A stretch of 64,000 nt of DNA from Eledone cirrhosa. Lineage: Eukaryota. Under the pieces are notes generated by a model that was given only the letters and a program-made list of their open reading frames with translations, did no database searches and had not been told where the DNA came from. Location: assembly GCA_964016885.1 (NCBI GenBank), contig OZ024740.1, forward strand, positions 392,460,001 to 392,524,000. Direction: 5' to 3'. A program made the translations under genes and the position numbers. Positions 35,916 through 48,849 of this stretch are shown here, in pieces. Within the stretch, counting starts at the first letter, position 1; every line of letters starts with the position of its first letter.

Positions 35916-38138
35916 TTGCTTTTCGATATGATGGATGGACTAAGGAATTCTGGAGAGTCTGAAGAATCTGGACACTCAGAGACAATGTCAAAGATAACGA
36001 CAAATTCACCTCATGCTGCCGGACGAAAGGGCAAGGAGTCCTCTTTGTTTCGGCCGCGAATGGCCAACATAACCCCAACCCCATCCCGCTCACCCCTCCC
36101 CGCGCCCCACCCACCAAACGCAATCCAAAACTTCAGAGTTGGTACCATGAATGTAGGCACCTTAAAAGGTCGCTCTAACGAGGTTGTAGAAATGCTTGAA
36201 CGTAAGGAGGTTGATGTTTGCTGTATCCAAGAGACCAGGTGGAGGGGCGGGTCTGCTAGATTCATTGTGGGTAAAAAACGATGCTATAAGCTTTTCTGGG
36301 TGGGAAATGACAATGGGCTGGGTGGGGTAGGAATCATGTTAGCAGAAAAATGGGTGGATAAGATAATAGACGTAAATAGAGTGAACGACAGAATAAGTAA
36401 AATAAGACTTGTTCTAAATAGAACTACTGTGACAGTAATATCTGCGTACGCACCCCAATCCGGACTGCCTGGCGCTATAAAAGACAGATTCTACGAGACA
36501 CTGATGCTCACTGCCTCCCAATTAACCGACAGTGACTATATAATTATTGCTGGCGACCTAAATGGTCACGTTGGACAACATTGTGACGGCTATGACGGAA
36601 TCCATGGAGGCTATGGGTTTGGTACTAGAAATGAGGAAGACTCCAGACTCTTGGAATTCTGTGACGCAAATAACCTAACTATCTGTAACACTAACTTCAA
36701 AAAGCGAGACAATCACTTCATCACCTACAGATCAGGGGAACATACCAGCCAGGTAGATTATATCCTTACCAGAAGACGTGACAGAGTGTCTGTTGTAAAC
36801 ACTAAATCCCTCCCCCATGAAGAATGCACCTCTCAACATAGACTCATAATTAGCGACCTCATAGTCAGGACGAGACGTTCTCGACAACAGAAGAGGACTA
36901 TCCTCAGGAGAAAAATATGGAAGCTAAAGGACCCCACAACCAGTAATAAATTTAAAAGCATATTACTTGATGCTTTCGACAGTAAGGAAGAGCAATTAGA
37001 GTCGTACAATATAGAGGAACAGTAGGGTTTCCTCAAAGCAAACCTGCTGATGGCGACAGATGAAGTCTGCGGCTGGAGCAGGCCTATAGGCAGGAGGAGA
37101 GTAACGTGGTGGTGGAACAGTAAGGTGGAGGAGTCAATTAAGGCCAAAAAGCAGGCTTGGAAAGTATGGCGGGATGGGGGAAGTAGAGAAGACTATCAAG
37201 TGGCCAGGAGGGAAGCTAGGAGACAAGTGTACTTCGCAAGAAGGGAAGCAGAGGAAAGAAAGTTCAAGCATGTTCTACAACACGAGGACCAAAAACGTGA
37301 GGTGTTCAGGATTGCTAGGCAGTGTGTCAAGGAAAACCGTGATATTGTCGGGGAGAAGTGTGTCCTTAAGGATGATGGTGTACTTGCCATCACTGACGCT
37401 GATAAGGTAGCTTGGAAGTGTCACTACGAAAGGCTACTAATAGAGGGACCAGCAGTGCTAGTTGAAGGTAGTATAATAAGTAAGGCAATCAAAGATATGA
37501 AGACGGGTAAGGCGGCTGGGCCTTCGGAAATAGTTGCTGAAATGGTGAAAGCATCTGGAACGGTGGGACACACTATGGTCACCCGGATAGTAAACCAAGT
37601 CATACAGAATGGGGTTGTTCCGAAGGACTGGCGTAGCAGCATCATCATTAACTCTAAAAGAGTAAAGGAGATGCCCTAGATATGGGTAACTATAGAGGCA
37701 TTAAATTAATCGACCAGGTCATGAAGGTCACAGAAAAAGTAATAGCGCAACTAATCAGAGAGCGAATTGATCTAGATGAAATGCAGTTCGGGTTTGTGTC
37801 AGCTAAAAGTACCACAGACGCTCTTTTCATTGTACGGCAACTACAGAAGTGCCTAGCTAAAAGTAAACCCCTATACTTAGCTTTTGTCGACTTGGAGAAA
37901 GCCTTTGACAGAGTCCCCCGTTCCATTATCTGGTGGGCTCTTAAAAAACTAGGTGTTGATGAATGGCTTGTGAGAGCTATACAAGCCATGTATAAAGAAA
38001 CAGTCAGCAAGGTTAGAATTAACAATGAATATAGTGAAGAGTTTAGCATAAAAGTTGGTGTTCACCAGGGCTCCGTTCTTAGCCCCCTACTATTTATTAT
38101 TGCCCTTCAGGCTATAATAGTGGAGTTCAAGACCGGCT
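35916..38138 (+). pseudogene. RTE-clade LINE ORF (APE endonuclease plus RT N-half), 3'-truncated
   Basis: GTMNVGTLKGR, CIQETRW, ISAYAPQ, GDLNGHVG, SQVDYIL, SQHRL (APE); NYRGIKL, MQFGF, FVDLEKAFD, GVHQGSVLSP (RT); one stop at 37023 and a frameshift near 37655; ends before the YADD motif. Confidence 0.95.
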
Positions 38139-38708
38139 TAATAAAATACAATACAGAGGTAATAGAAATTAAATAAATACATACACGCATGCAAATAAGT
38201 ACATACACAAGCATACGCGAAAACACATGCCATAGGTATACAAAACCACGAACATATAACTATGTGTGTGTGTGGGTGCGTGTATACAAATAAATAAATA
38301 ATTAAATAAACGTATATAAATAAATAAACGTAACGGCGATGAATTAGTTTTGCGAGGTTTTTTATATGAAATCGTGTGTCGAAACAAATATTGTTATACT
38401 TGGGGAGGGTCATTTTTGTGTAATATTGCCAGAATTAATAACAGAATACACTCACTGTTTGGTTGGTTTTCCAACAATAAATAAACGTATATAAATACAT
38501 ATATATACATACATACACACATATATATATGTATGTATGAAACTTAATTATTCGTGTAACGTTTTTAATAATTTTTTGATATTACTTACCAATTTCTTAT
38601 CTTTTGCTTTTATTGTCCTGCATTTGTTGATTTGCGTTATTCCCTGGAGAAAAATGGCGCCAAACTTTTCCCTTTGAAAGAATAATGTGATTGTGTTCAC
38701 GTGATATA

Positions 38709-38874
38709 TAGCTGTCAGTCGTGAAAGCAGGCGAAGGTGACGTCATTCGTCATCGTTTATTTCCGTATTACTACCACCAAGTAACTCCACTTACGCGTAG
38801 TAGTAATACGGAAATAAACGATGTTTTGCTTTCATCGGCTGCTTTCGACTGACAGCTAATAGCGTTGTAGTGCC
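38709..38874. repeat. Merlin right end: direct partial TIR copy followed by the inverted TIR (hairpin)
   Basis: TAGCTGTCAGTC...CATCGTTTATTTCCGTATTACTAC is mirrored by GTAGTAATACGGAAATAAACGATG...GACTGACAGCTA. Confidence 0.85.
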
Positions 38875-38882
38875 CAAGATTG

Positions 38883-40791
38883 GTTGTCTTGCTCGTATAG
38901 GACTGTCTGGCGGGTTTTTTACGGCTGGATACCCTTCCTAACACCAACCACGTTTACAGTGAGGACTGGGGGGTTTTTACTGTGTTACCTACACGGCCAC
39001 ATTACAGCGTGGACTGTGTTTTTTTTTTGTCGTGACACCTACATGACCTCATTTCTTTCGGACTGGATGTTGTGGTACCAACATAACTTTACATTGAAAG
39101 GGGTGGTGTGGATGGGGGTGGGGACAGTGGGACGGGTGTGTATTTTTGTTAAGAGATGCCTACTGACTGTGGGTTTCGCTTTGTACTTAGGCAAGGCGGG
39201 TCTTCTGTATTACTGTGTAGCGCCAAAGATCTCGGTCCAGTAACATTGTCTTGGAGAGGTGTAAGTGTGTGAGGTCGGAATTTATCAAGTCGTCCCAGGT
39301 TTTTCTGGGTCTGCCTACTCCGTGGCTACCGTTTATTTTTATCGCCCTGCACTTTTTTATACAGTTGTCGTCTTTCATGCGCATCACGTGACCATACAAA
39401 CGTAGTCTTCTCTCGAGTAAACAACATCTGATTCCTCTTATTCCTAATTTCTCCCTTAGTTCATTTATGCTTTGCCGTTCACGTATATTACTATTACACA
39501 TCCAACGGAGCATGCAAGCTTCGTTCCTCTCCAGTCTGCGTATATCCTCTGCAAACAATGCCCAAGTCTCACTGCCATGTAACATTGCTGTTCGTATGCA
39601 GGCATCATACAGCCTGCCTTTCATTTTTAGAGAGAACCCTTTAGCGGCCAATAGTGGTATAAGCTCTTTGAACTTTTTCCATCCCGTTCTGACTCTAGCT
39701 ACTGTACTTTCAGAGCACCCTCCCCCACTGCTGATTTTGTCACCCAGGTAACTGAAGGTGTCCACTATTTCTATAGTACCATCTGTGCAATGGAATGAGC
39801 TAGTATTTTTGGGCACTTGCTGCTACTTATTGCACCTGAGCACCGGCCACATATAAAATCTATATTCTTAGTTAGCTTACCTGTGATCCCACTACATACT
39901 TTGCATTTGGGACATAAAATGGAGTTTCTGCCTAATCCTTTCCTACACACTGAGCATGGCCATTTCCCAGATGGGACCAGTGCCCTATTTTCCTTCCTAC
40001 AAACTAGAACTTTAGTCTTAGACAGGTTAATTTTAAGGCCTTTTGATTCTAGGCCATGCTTCCATGTTTGGAATTTCTTCTCTAGTTCAGCCATTGATTC
40101 AGCTATGAGTGTTAGATTATCTGCGTATAGGAGTTCCATGGGCAGCCGGTCTTGAACTCCTCTGTTATAGCCTGAAGCGCAATAATAAATAGTAGGGGGC
40201 TAACAACTTTTACGCTAAACTCTTCACTATATTCGTTGTTAATTCTAACCTTGCTGACTGTTTCTTTATACATGGCTTGTATCGCTCTCACAAGCCATTC
40301 ATCAACACCTAGTTTTCTAAGAGCCCACCAGATAATGGAGCGGGGTACTCTGTCAAAGGCTTTCTCCGAGTCAACAAAAGCTAAGTATAGGGGTTTACTT
40401 TTAGCTAGGTACTTCTCCTGTAGTTGTCGTACAATGAAAAGGGCGTCTGTTGTACCTGACACAAACCCGAACTGCATTTCATCTAGATCAATTCGCTCTC
40501 TGATTAGTTGCGCTATTACTTTTTCTGTGACCTTCATGACCTGGTCAATTAATTTAATGCCTCTATAGTTTCCCCTATCTAAGGCATCTCCTTTATCCTT
40601 GTAGCAGTTAATGACAATGCTGTTATGCCAGTCCTTCGGAACGACCCCATTCTGTATGACTTGGTTTACTATCCGGGTGATCATAGTGTGTCCCACCATT
40701 CCAGATGCTTTCACCATTTCAGCAACTATTTCCGAGGACCCAGCCGCCTTGCCTGTCTTCATATCTTTGATCGCCTTACTTATTATACTAC
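38883..40791 (-). mobile_element. 5'-truncated RTE LINE (RT, C-terminus and 3' UTR); target of the Merlin insertion
   Basis: ORFs 40112-40762, 39771-40139 and 39187-39816 with MQFGF, LLYADN, FSYLGD, LHGSETW, GRPRKTW; the 3' UTR continues at 15291-15210. Confidence 0.95.
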
Positions 40792-41104
40792 TAATATATA
40801 ATGGAAAATTGAATTCTTTGTAAATAGTTCAATTTAGCAGGCAAATTATTTACACCAAAATGTATATGTTTAATAATTGGCAATTATTAAAAAAGATTTA
40901 GTTCAATAAAAAAAAAACAAAAAAAAAAACTAGTCTTGGCCCTCGCCTGCTTACCACAATCAGTACTGACACCTTTAACCTGTAACCCTGAAGGGGATGT
41001 TAAGAAGATTGTTGTGACCAGATGTAGTTCATAGTGGTTTCGTTAGTGTGGTGACTAGATGAAAGCGTGTGTAAAAGGTGATGTTTGGTCGGTCAGTTGC
41101 TCAT

Positions 41105-43040
41105 TTCATACCGAGTCTTTATTAGAATATAAGTGTGACTCAATTACACCTTCGTCAACATACAAAACATAAACATAGACATACCGACCATAATTAAATA
41201 TGGAATGATATGCGATGCCCCCCAGCCCCGGTGGTCAGAATGGAGAAGGCGTTTCCCCCGTAGGATGGCAACGGAGACGCGCTGGAAATGCCACTCCAAC
41301 TCGCAGGGCTCACACCTGCGGCTGGCGGGCTCAGCGCCTATGGTGGTGAGTAGGGAGGTAGCCCTAGGGCCGAGGACACCAGAAGTCTCCACTGTGTCGG
41401 TGTTTGCCACTGCGGAACAGGAAGATGGTCGTGTCATCTGGCCTTTTGCCGTCCCCTCGGTCCAGCCCCACCGGCTTGAGCTGGGAAGGGAAGCCTGCAG
41501 CATCCAAGCCATGTTTTATGACCTCGTTGAGGGCAGCATGGCATGGAAGGCAGCCGGCACTGTGGCAACAGGAAAGCAGGTAGAGGCCAAAGGAGTCCAC
41601 GGTGGATCCGAAGCGACATTGGTATGGCTCGCAGATCCGGAGGCCGAGCCTCAAGGAAACGCCGATGTGTAGGCTATTGTTGTCTAGCTGCATGCCTGTG
41701 GAGAAGGAGGGCAGGGCATGGAGCCAGGCACCAGTGTGGGGTTTGGAGGCCGCATGAAAACAAGCAAGGCGGTGCTGGTCGAGCTGGCGCGTGAGCCTGT
41801 CTGAGGCCAGGCTGCACTGGATGGCATCCCAAGTGCTTTGGGGAGACTTGACGTCAACAGGGGGAGAAGGAGGAGGGACGTCTACTGGACTAAGTCCCAG
41901 CCGGTCCCACGTCTTACAGGCGGCCTTATGTTCTCTGAACACAGAGGGTTCTGTTGTGTTTAGAAGAACCCTGCTGACGAGGACGCGGCACGAGGTTACC
42001 GACGAAAGATATGCCGGCAAAGCCAGTCAGATCGGGGACCGGAAGCCAAGGCCGCCATACCTGACAGGTAAAGTGGCCTGTTGCTATTCAATGTCGTCAA
42101 ACTTCACGTTGCATATCTCCTCGGCTACTTCTCGGATACAAGTATCAAGGTCAGCGAGGAGAGATGTGTGAGTGTAGCACGGAGTGCTGCAAATGGTATA
42201 GAGGAGCTTCGGCATGGCGAAGCAGTTCCTCAACAGAAAGAGGGCTGGGTGGCTGTCGATCAAGCCCAGTCGGCTCGTGTGAGTCTGGGGTTGTTGAAGT
42301 CTGGAGCGGATGGTCGGCGGCTGGATCGGTGACCCGAGGATGAGGACATCCTCTTTGGGGGTCACCTGTACCTGGTGGAGAATGGACCGCATGTCCGTGA
42401 CGGAGGCTGAAAAGCTCTCAGCATCATGGCTAACATTCACCACCTCCGACTTGGCCGAGTTGACCTGGAGGCCGATTCCTGCCAGGGCAGGAACCACCGA
42501 TTGTAGGTCATGGCAGACAGTCTGTACGGGCCCACCCAACGTAGCATCATCCAGATACCAAACATTGAGAGGGGGCCGTGATACTCCGGGCAATGTGGTC
42601 TATACCAAGGGCAAACAGGAGGAGTCCCAAAAGGTTGCCCTGTTGGACCCCAGTGGCTGAAGGGATGACTGTATCAGCAGCAAGGAGAATGCTCGGGGCT
42701 CCATACGAGAGGTAGGCAGAGGGGGCTCGGCTGAGGCAGGCATCGAACAGATGGTCCCGGTGTAAGCAGTTGAAGGCATTCCTCATGTCAAGCTTGACAA
42801 TGAGGTGCTTGCAGTCCCTGGATGCCGGTTCCGGTGGGCAGCTGTTGAAGAACTGCCTGGTTGCATGTGCGGCCCCCTCACAGCCACCGGACACGCTGAC
42901 ACCCAGTTGCACCGGACTGAACTCCTCTCCCAGTTCGGGTGTTATGGACCTGCAGACCACCTTGGCAGCCAGCCTCAGGAAGACATTGCCCACAGCGATG
43001 GGGCATATGTCACCCTCTTTCTTCCTGAGAGCAGTGAGGC
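41105..43040 (-). mobile_element. CRE-clade non-LTR retrotransposon, 5'-truncated (RT plus RLE)
   Basis: PIAVGNVFLRLAAK, QLGVSVSGGCE, KLDMRNAFN, GVQQG, WYLDDATLGG, GAWLHALP, DRGDGKRPD; AATAAA at 41118-41123 (-). Confidence 0.92.
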
Positions 43041-43884
43041 TAGCCGAAAGTGGCAATTATTGTAGTAGTAATTCTTTGTTGAATTGATGATTCTGTGAGT
43101 TGTTCTCTCACATAAAAGCACTGTGTGAAAGTTGGTAACTTATGACAAATGAATTGGGTGTGTGTCGAGAGTGGGTCGAGATGCATGGCAGTATTCATTG
43201 CCATAGCTAGTAGTTGATGATTGAAAGTGAAGCTGCCATTAGCAATATTCAACGAACAATAAAGTGATGGGAAGAGACCAAATGGCCTTACCTTTGTCCC
43301 TGGTAAGAGGTAGGTGTGTAGCGAAACCTGTCCACACCGGGTGACATTTTGGGGAGTTATCTCCTTTCGGGCGTCACCTCTTGGGGGTCTTACAGACTCA
43401 TACTTTCTCTTACTCTCTCTCTCTCTTTAACTCTCTTAACCAAGACAGTGAAGTTCATGAAGTTTTCTTTGTAAATATAATTTAATTCTACTTTTACCAA
43501 CAAACAAATAACTACATACTTCCTGCGTATTTTTCATATAGCTTCGGTGTGAGCTATTTTCAATAAATTAATAATATAGCGGCTTGGTGTCATCGTGGTT
43601 CATCATCATCATCATTTTACGTCCGCTTTTCCCTGCTTGCAAGGGTGGGACGGGTCTTATTCATTTATATATATTCATTTTCTGTGTAATCAAGGAACTA
43701 TCATATCATTATCATCTTATTGAACACTTACTCACTTACCTGCACACATGCAACCTCTGGTCTCACTGTATCACACAATAGTGACCACACCACACAGCAA
43801 GCTACAAGTGAGCACGCACGCAACAAACGAATCAACACCACAACACAATCAACTCATCAACAACACGACCAAACAAACCATTGC

Positions 43885-44290
43885 TATAGGTGCCTCGTCT
43901 GGGACGTAACAGTCAATGACTCTTTTGCTCCCTCCCACATCATGGACCTCTCGGTAAATGTGGGGGTCACCCCTTCCGTTGCCAAACAGAATATAATCTC
44001 TAAATACCTGGATTTATCCAGTAATTATTTTGCCCAGCCTGTCGCGTTTGAGACGTTTGGTGGAGTTGGGCCGCAAAGTTCTTGCCATCACTGGCTGCTC
44101 TCCTTACTGAGGAGTCAGGTGAAACCTGGTTGTTTCAACGTCTTAGCCTCGCTATCACCTGTGGCAATGCTGCGAGCGTATTGGCTTGCCTCAAAGTGTT
44201 TAGTTAACCCTTATGATGTGATGTGCGGACGATTGTCGCACTTGATGGTGAATTGATGGTCGTTTTTGCTACTTTAATACTTTTGACAAC
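43885..44290 (+). mobile_element. CRE-clade 3' fragment
   Basis: RCLVWDVTVNDSFAPSH...QPVAFETFGGVG. Confidence 0.8.
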
Positions 44291-44367
44291 ACAGGAAAAC
44301 AAAGTCTAGTGTAATTGTGTGTTATGCTTGTGTGATTTATATATCATGTTATATTCTGTGATGGGTT

Positions 44368-44733
44368 TGTAGCGGTTGTCTCCCTTGTTTTGATTGGTAT
44401 CTAGACGGGAGGTGGAACCCTTTCTGCGACTTCCGGTCAGAGCCCTATAAAACTAACAACTTTAAGCTTCCTTTCTCTCCTTGCCTTTTCGGCACCAGGA
44501 CAAGAGCCTCTCATTTGGCTCTGCCATTAATTTGGCCAACAGGCGCCTGGCGAAGGCCAGGCGCCCTCTGCCAGCCGCGTTTGCCTGGCAATCAAAACGG
44601 TAACTACTAACTTTGTTTCATTCTAACATCTATCTTTGACATGTCAAGTATACTATCTACCGTTAATTAAATATTATACACACAAACCATGTCTCGTTTT
44701 GTTACATTCATACAACCCAGTATCCTCGCTACA
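44368..44733 (+). mobile_element. solo LTR
   Basis: TGTAGCG...CGCTACA termini, 4-bp TSD GGTT on both sides, internal TATAAAA and ATTAAA. Confidence 0.8.
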
Positions 44734-44746
44734 GGTTTATTTACAA

Positions 44747-45878
44747 CTAGCAGTGTATCCCGGCGTTGCACAGGTAAGAACATTGGTAATAGCACCTCCA
44801 ATGAGAAACGTTTATTTGTGAGTGCCTGTTAAAAACTCACGAAAATATACCGACAGGAAACTTGTTTTATTTGGAGAAAATGAAGAAGTTGAAAGTACAG
44901 TTTCGCTGTCTACATACATTGTTCATAGAAATATTGTTGAGCCCCTTCTTTTCATACTCCTCTGTTTTGGCCTTTTAGAGTAAATGTGAAAAAGTCACAG
45001 GTTAAGTTGGCAGAAGGTTCCAGTGTCATAGCAGCAAGGCGCACTCTTTCCACTAAGTTACTCTTTCTCTCTATCCCTGTTGGTGCAGTCCCTTGCGAAT
45101 TTCTCGCGTAGGCCTGGTGTAGATTTGCACCCGATCCATAGACTTGATGCACATGTCCGCTTTGTACGGCTTTTGGAGGAAGGAGTGACCAGCAGTACGT
45201 TGTTCGGTATTATTATGAAAAGGTGTAGCAGAGAATCCTGCGTGAACTAACAGCTCGGGAGGAAACTGCTTACCTCGAAGATTCATTCGCCATCGTTCTT
45301 GTCAATGCTCCGGTAAGCTGGTATTTGTTGGTCTACAGTTAGATGAATGGTGCACAAAGGGTTAATGTTTATTGGCAAGAAGTGCAACTGGGCTGGCTTA
45401 CCTCGCTTATATCATATATTAAAATAACAGATTAAAGTTTAATCAAAGAATCGCTGCTTTCACCCTTAACGGGATCTTCTGAAACTAAAAAAATCAATCT
45501 GTGAACGCAGAAGTAAATATTTCAAAAAACGTTGCAACCGAAGGAAAACAGGAAGACGATACTTTGGTTTGTGAAGACGCTCCCTGGCAATGAACGGAAA
45601 ATAGCGAACATAATATGTCATCAATGTTCGTCAGAATGTCGTAATGCAGACAGCCAGGCATACAGGCAGATATTATAAGAGCGCAACGGAGACGGATAAC
45701 CGGCGCCTAACACCCCTTTAACAACAGAAAATTGAAAAATAAAAGCTGCAGTTAATATCTTTAGACCGCTTATATATAAATGCAAGTTTGAAGTCAATCG
45801 GAGTAGAAATGTGGATTTCTATAGACTTTGCAAAAATGAGGACACACACACAGACAACTACAGTTTTATATATAGAGA
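44747..45878 (-). mobile_element. non-autonomous Helitron, both ends present
   Basis: Minus strand A|TCTCTATATATAAAA... to hairpin CCTGTGCAACGCCGGG and CTAG|T; no TSD; 3' end matches 56014-56109. Confidence 0.85.
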
Positions 45879-45959
45879 TAGTTTATAACTTTGCCTATTA
45901 ATCCGTATGGTGAGTAAATGGGGTCCCACGTGCTGGCCTCCCCATAACAGGATGGTAAG

Positions 45960-46060
45960 GGAGATGCGCTGGAAGAGCCATTCCAACTCGCAAGGCTCAC
46001 ACCTGTGGCTGGCTAGCTCAGTGCCTATGGTGGTGAATAGGGAGGTAGCCCTAGGGCCAA
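45960..46060 (-). mobile_element. short CRE-clade fragment
   Basis: Highly similar to 41273-41371. Confidence 0.7.
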
Positions 46061-46469
46061 AAGCTGAAATAGTCTGAAAAAATGCATGGAACTAACCTTA
46101 GTTGGAATTGAATAGGGGTATGGCTGTCTTGGCTTGTAGGTTGGAGTTGCTCTGCTGACTGCAACAAACTGAACCTGACTAACTACTGGCAACAGGGAGC
46201 AGACCAATTATGAGAGTCCTGTTGTCTTTGGTAATTAGCAGATGGCCCTTGAAAATTGTATTCTTCCAGAGTTTTGCGACATGAATCTCCCAAATCAAAG
46301 GAAGTAATTCATGTCGGGTACCATACAAAAGGAAATCGCTTTTCAATGAAGCCAGAGGTCAGTGTCTGTGGTTGTATGATTTATTTCGCTAACTGGAGGA
46401 ACATATAATTCAAATCTTGCTGTATAGATTTCACTACAACCTTACCAGTTTTCCAGGTCATAACAGGAG

Positions 46470-47460
46470 TTTAAAACTGGCAGTCCATGGGATCTTCTCT
46501 ATGCAGATGATCTGGTCCTTATAGTTGAATCCATAAAAGAACTAGAGAATAAGTTCCGACTATGGAAACAGAATTTGGAACCAAAAGGTCCAATGGTAAA
46601 CTTAGCCTAGCCAAAACTAAAGTACTTGTGGGTAGGAAAGAAGGTAGAACCCTGATACCTTCAGGAAAGTGGCTTTGCTCAATAGGTAGAAAAGGAGTAG
46701 GCATAAACTCCATATGATTTACACAATGTAAATCTTGGATACACAAGTGATATAATGTGATAAAGAGTAGATTAACAAGAAGGAAAAACTTTGTATGCAG
46801 AAGATGCACAGAAGTAATCAAGGGAAGAGCGTCCGTGATTTAAACATTTTCCAGTCACAGGAAGGGTCCATATACAGGACCAGATTTAACGGGAGGCAAA
46901 GGGTCCAATTGCCCCAGGCCCCCTGCAGTGGGGGACCAACCAGTGATGGCCGTACCAATTTATTTGTGCCCTCAGCTGGACTTTTTAGTTTTAGGATGGT
47001 TAGAATTTTTTAATTTAATACCTGTATGTATAACTTTTCAATTCCAATTACTTTCATATGTAAAATTGGGGGTGGGGGTGATGTGTATTCTAATTTGTTG
47101 TGTATGAGGAGTCCCTCAAACCTGAAGTGCCCCCTCCCCCACTGTCTAAATCCAACTCAGTCCATAGAAGTGGTTGATAGCTTGATAGCTTCTGCTATCT
47201 AGGTGACTTAATTAGCAGTGAAGGAGGGTGCTCTGAAAGCATAATAGCTAGAATAAGAATAGGATGGAAAAACTTTAGAGAGCTACTCCCACTATTGACA
47301 ACAAAAGGTTTATTCCTATATACAAAAGGAAAACTGTAAGAGGCTTGTGTGCGAAGTGCGATTCTGCATGAGCTGTGATTGCAGCAGAGATGCATAGACT
47401 GGAGAGAAATGGAGCAACCATGCTTCATTGTATGTAAATGTGAGAGAAAGCATAAAAGAT
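46470..47460 (+). mobile_element. decayed RTE LINE fragment interrupted by a MITE
   Basis: PWDLLYADDLVL, PSGKWLCS and GWKNFRELLPLL-like segments. Confidence 0.75.
46875..47160. mobile_element. hAT-like MITE
   Basis: Ends CAGGACCAGATTTA / TAAATCCAACTCAG (degenerate); 8-bp TSD TCCATATA / TCCATAGA. Confidence 0.65.
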
Positions 47461-48849
47461 GATAAGGCAGATCTGAATCAAATTTTAACTTTTAATTTCT
47501 TCGTTTTGCTTGAATTTTAGAATAAAATGTTAATTCAGATTGATTATGTTAAAAAATTATTTCAAGATTAAACCATAAACTTTCATAATGCTGCTTGTAA
47601 TTTAAATACCCTTGAACTATATATCTTAAGAAGTTGAGTATTGTTGACTAGTGAATCACCTGAAATAGGACTGACACTATGTGATAAATAGGATACACAA
47701 GTAGAAAGATGCCCAAGAATGAAAAAAATAAAAACAAATTCTTGGTGAAAAGCCCCTTTTAATTGTTTCTGTGAAAGAAATGTTTATTGACATTGTTGAA
47801 GCTTTTAAACTAAATGAGAAACTTAATTTAAACATGACTGAATAAACTTTTTATGAAGTAACAAATTAAAAATAACTATGAAAAAATTACAGGTTTTATT
47901 GTAAAAAATACAAGTGTCTTTTGTGGTTATGAAAACGGAAAAGAAACGGTTCTAGGGTCACAGAAGGATGGGAGGGTGATGAGCTCTAGGCCTAGGGCAT
48001 GGCAGTATTGGGGATGCACCCCTCGGACAAGACTGCAAAAGCATTCCCGCGGACAATGGCCAGTGACACCTGTTGCAACAGCCACCCCACCTTGCAGGGC
48101 TCCTTCCCCAGGCTGCTGATGTTCCAATTATGAAGTGAGCCAAAATACTCCAATTTTTACAAGAGTCATAACTAGTATGAACTAATATATCATTATGTTT
48201 ATTTTCCATGCTTGCATGGATTAGATAAGTTATCATATTGAGGCTAGGCAAGTCAGTGACTACATCCTGCTCAGATGCTCTGTTTTGGGTTTGGTTTCTT
48301 TAACAGTGCTTATCCTTTTGGCACCAGTACTACCTCATTACAACCCTAGAGTGTTCAGTGTCTATAGTCAGGCTTGGGGATGCATAGATGGAGTGTATAC
48401 ATGAGGAAGATGCAAGCTATATAGTACTTCCCAGAGAAGGGGTGTACAGACAGTACATCATGAGAGGAAGTGCTGGGTCATAGGGGTGGCCTTGAAGTAA
48501 GTGGATGGTGTCTGACATATTTTGGGATGTACCTGGATTTCAGTGTTAGCTTGGGATGGATGGGAGAAGTGAGCGAGAGATGTGTGTGAAGGAGAAGCAT
48601 AGGTTGGCTGAGAAAGGTGAATCAAATAAGTTTGTCTTAGCTTTCCATACTAGCATTGATTGGAAGAAGAAAGGGAGACAAGGGAAGTATCCTGGCAGGC
48701 AAGGACCTGAATATTGTAGTCTCTATGCTTCTTCTGGTTTAGGGTAGAGAAATGTGGACAGCGGGGGGGGGGGGGGGGGTAGTCAGGAGTATACTGGCAG
48801 GTGGGGATCATCCCCCATATACTTGTTTCATCCCATTTGTGTGGGAAGG

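Larger units (their letters stand above)
15292..38874 (-). mobile_element. giant (23.6 kb) Merlin DNA transposon with cargo or nested insertions
   Basis: TIRs GGCACTACAACGCTATTAGCTGTCAGT (15292) and ACTGACAGCTAATAGCGTTGTAGTGCC (ending 38874), plus a shared inner block CATCGTTTATTTCCGTATTACTAC; exact 8-bp TSD CAAGATTG at 15284-15291 and 38875-38882; encodes an IS1595-like transposase. Confidence 0.9.

Noticed and set aside
46060-46450. Possible host exon in unique-looking sequence
   Set aside because: The minus-strand frames I translated contain stops and no recognisable domain, despite a donor-like AAG|GTTAGT.
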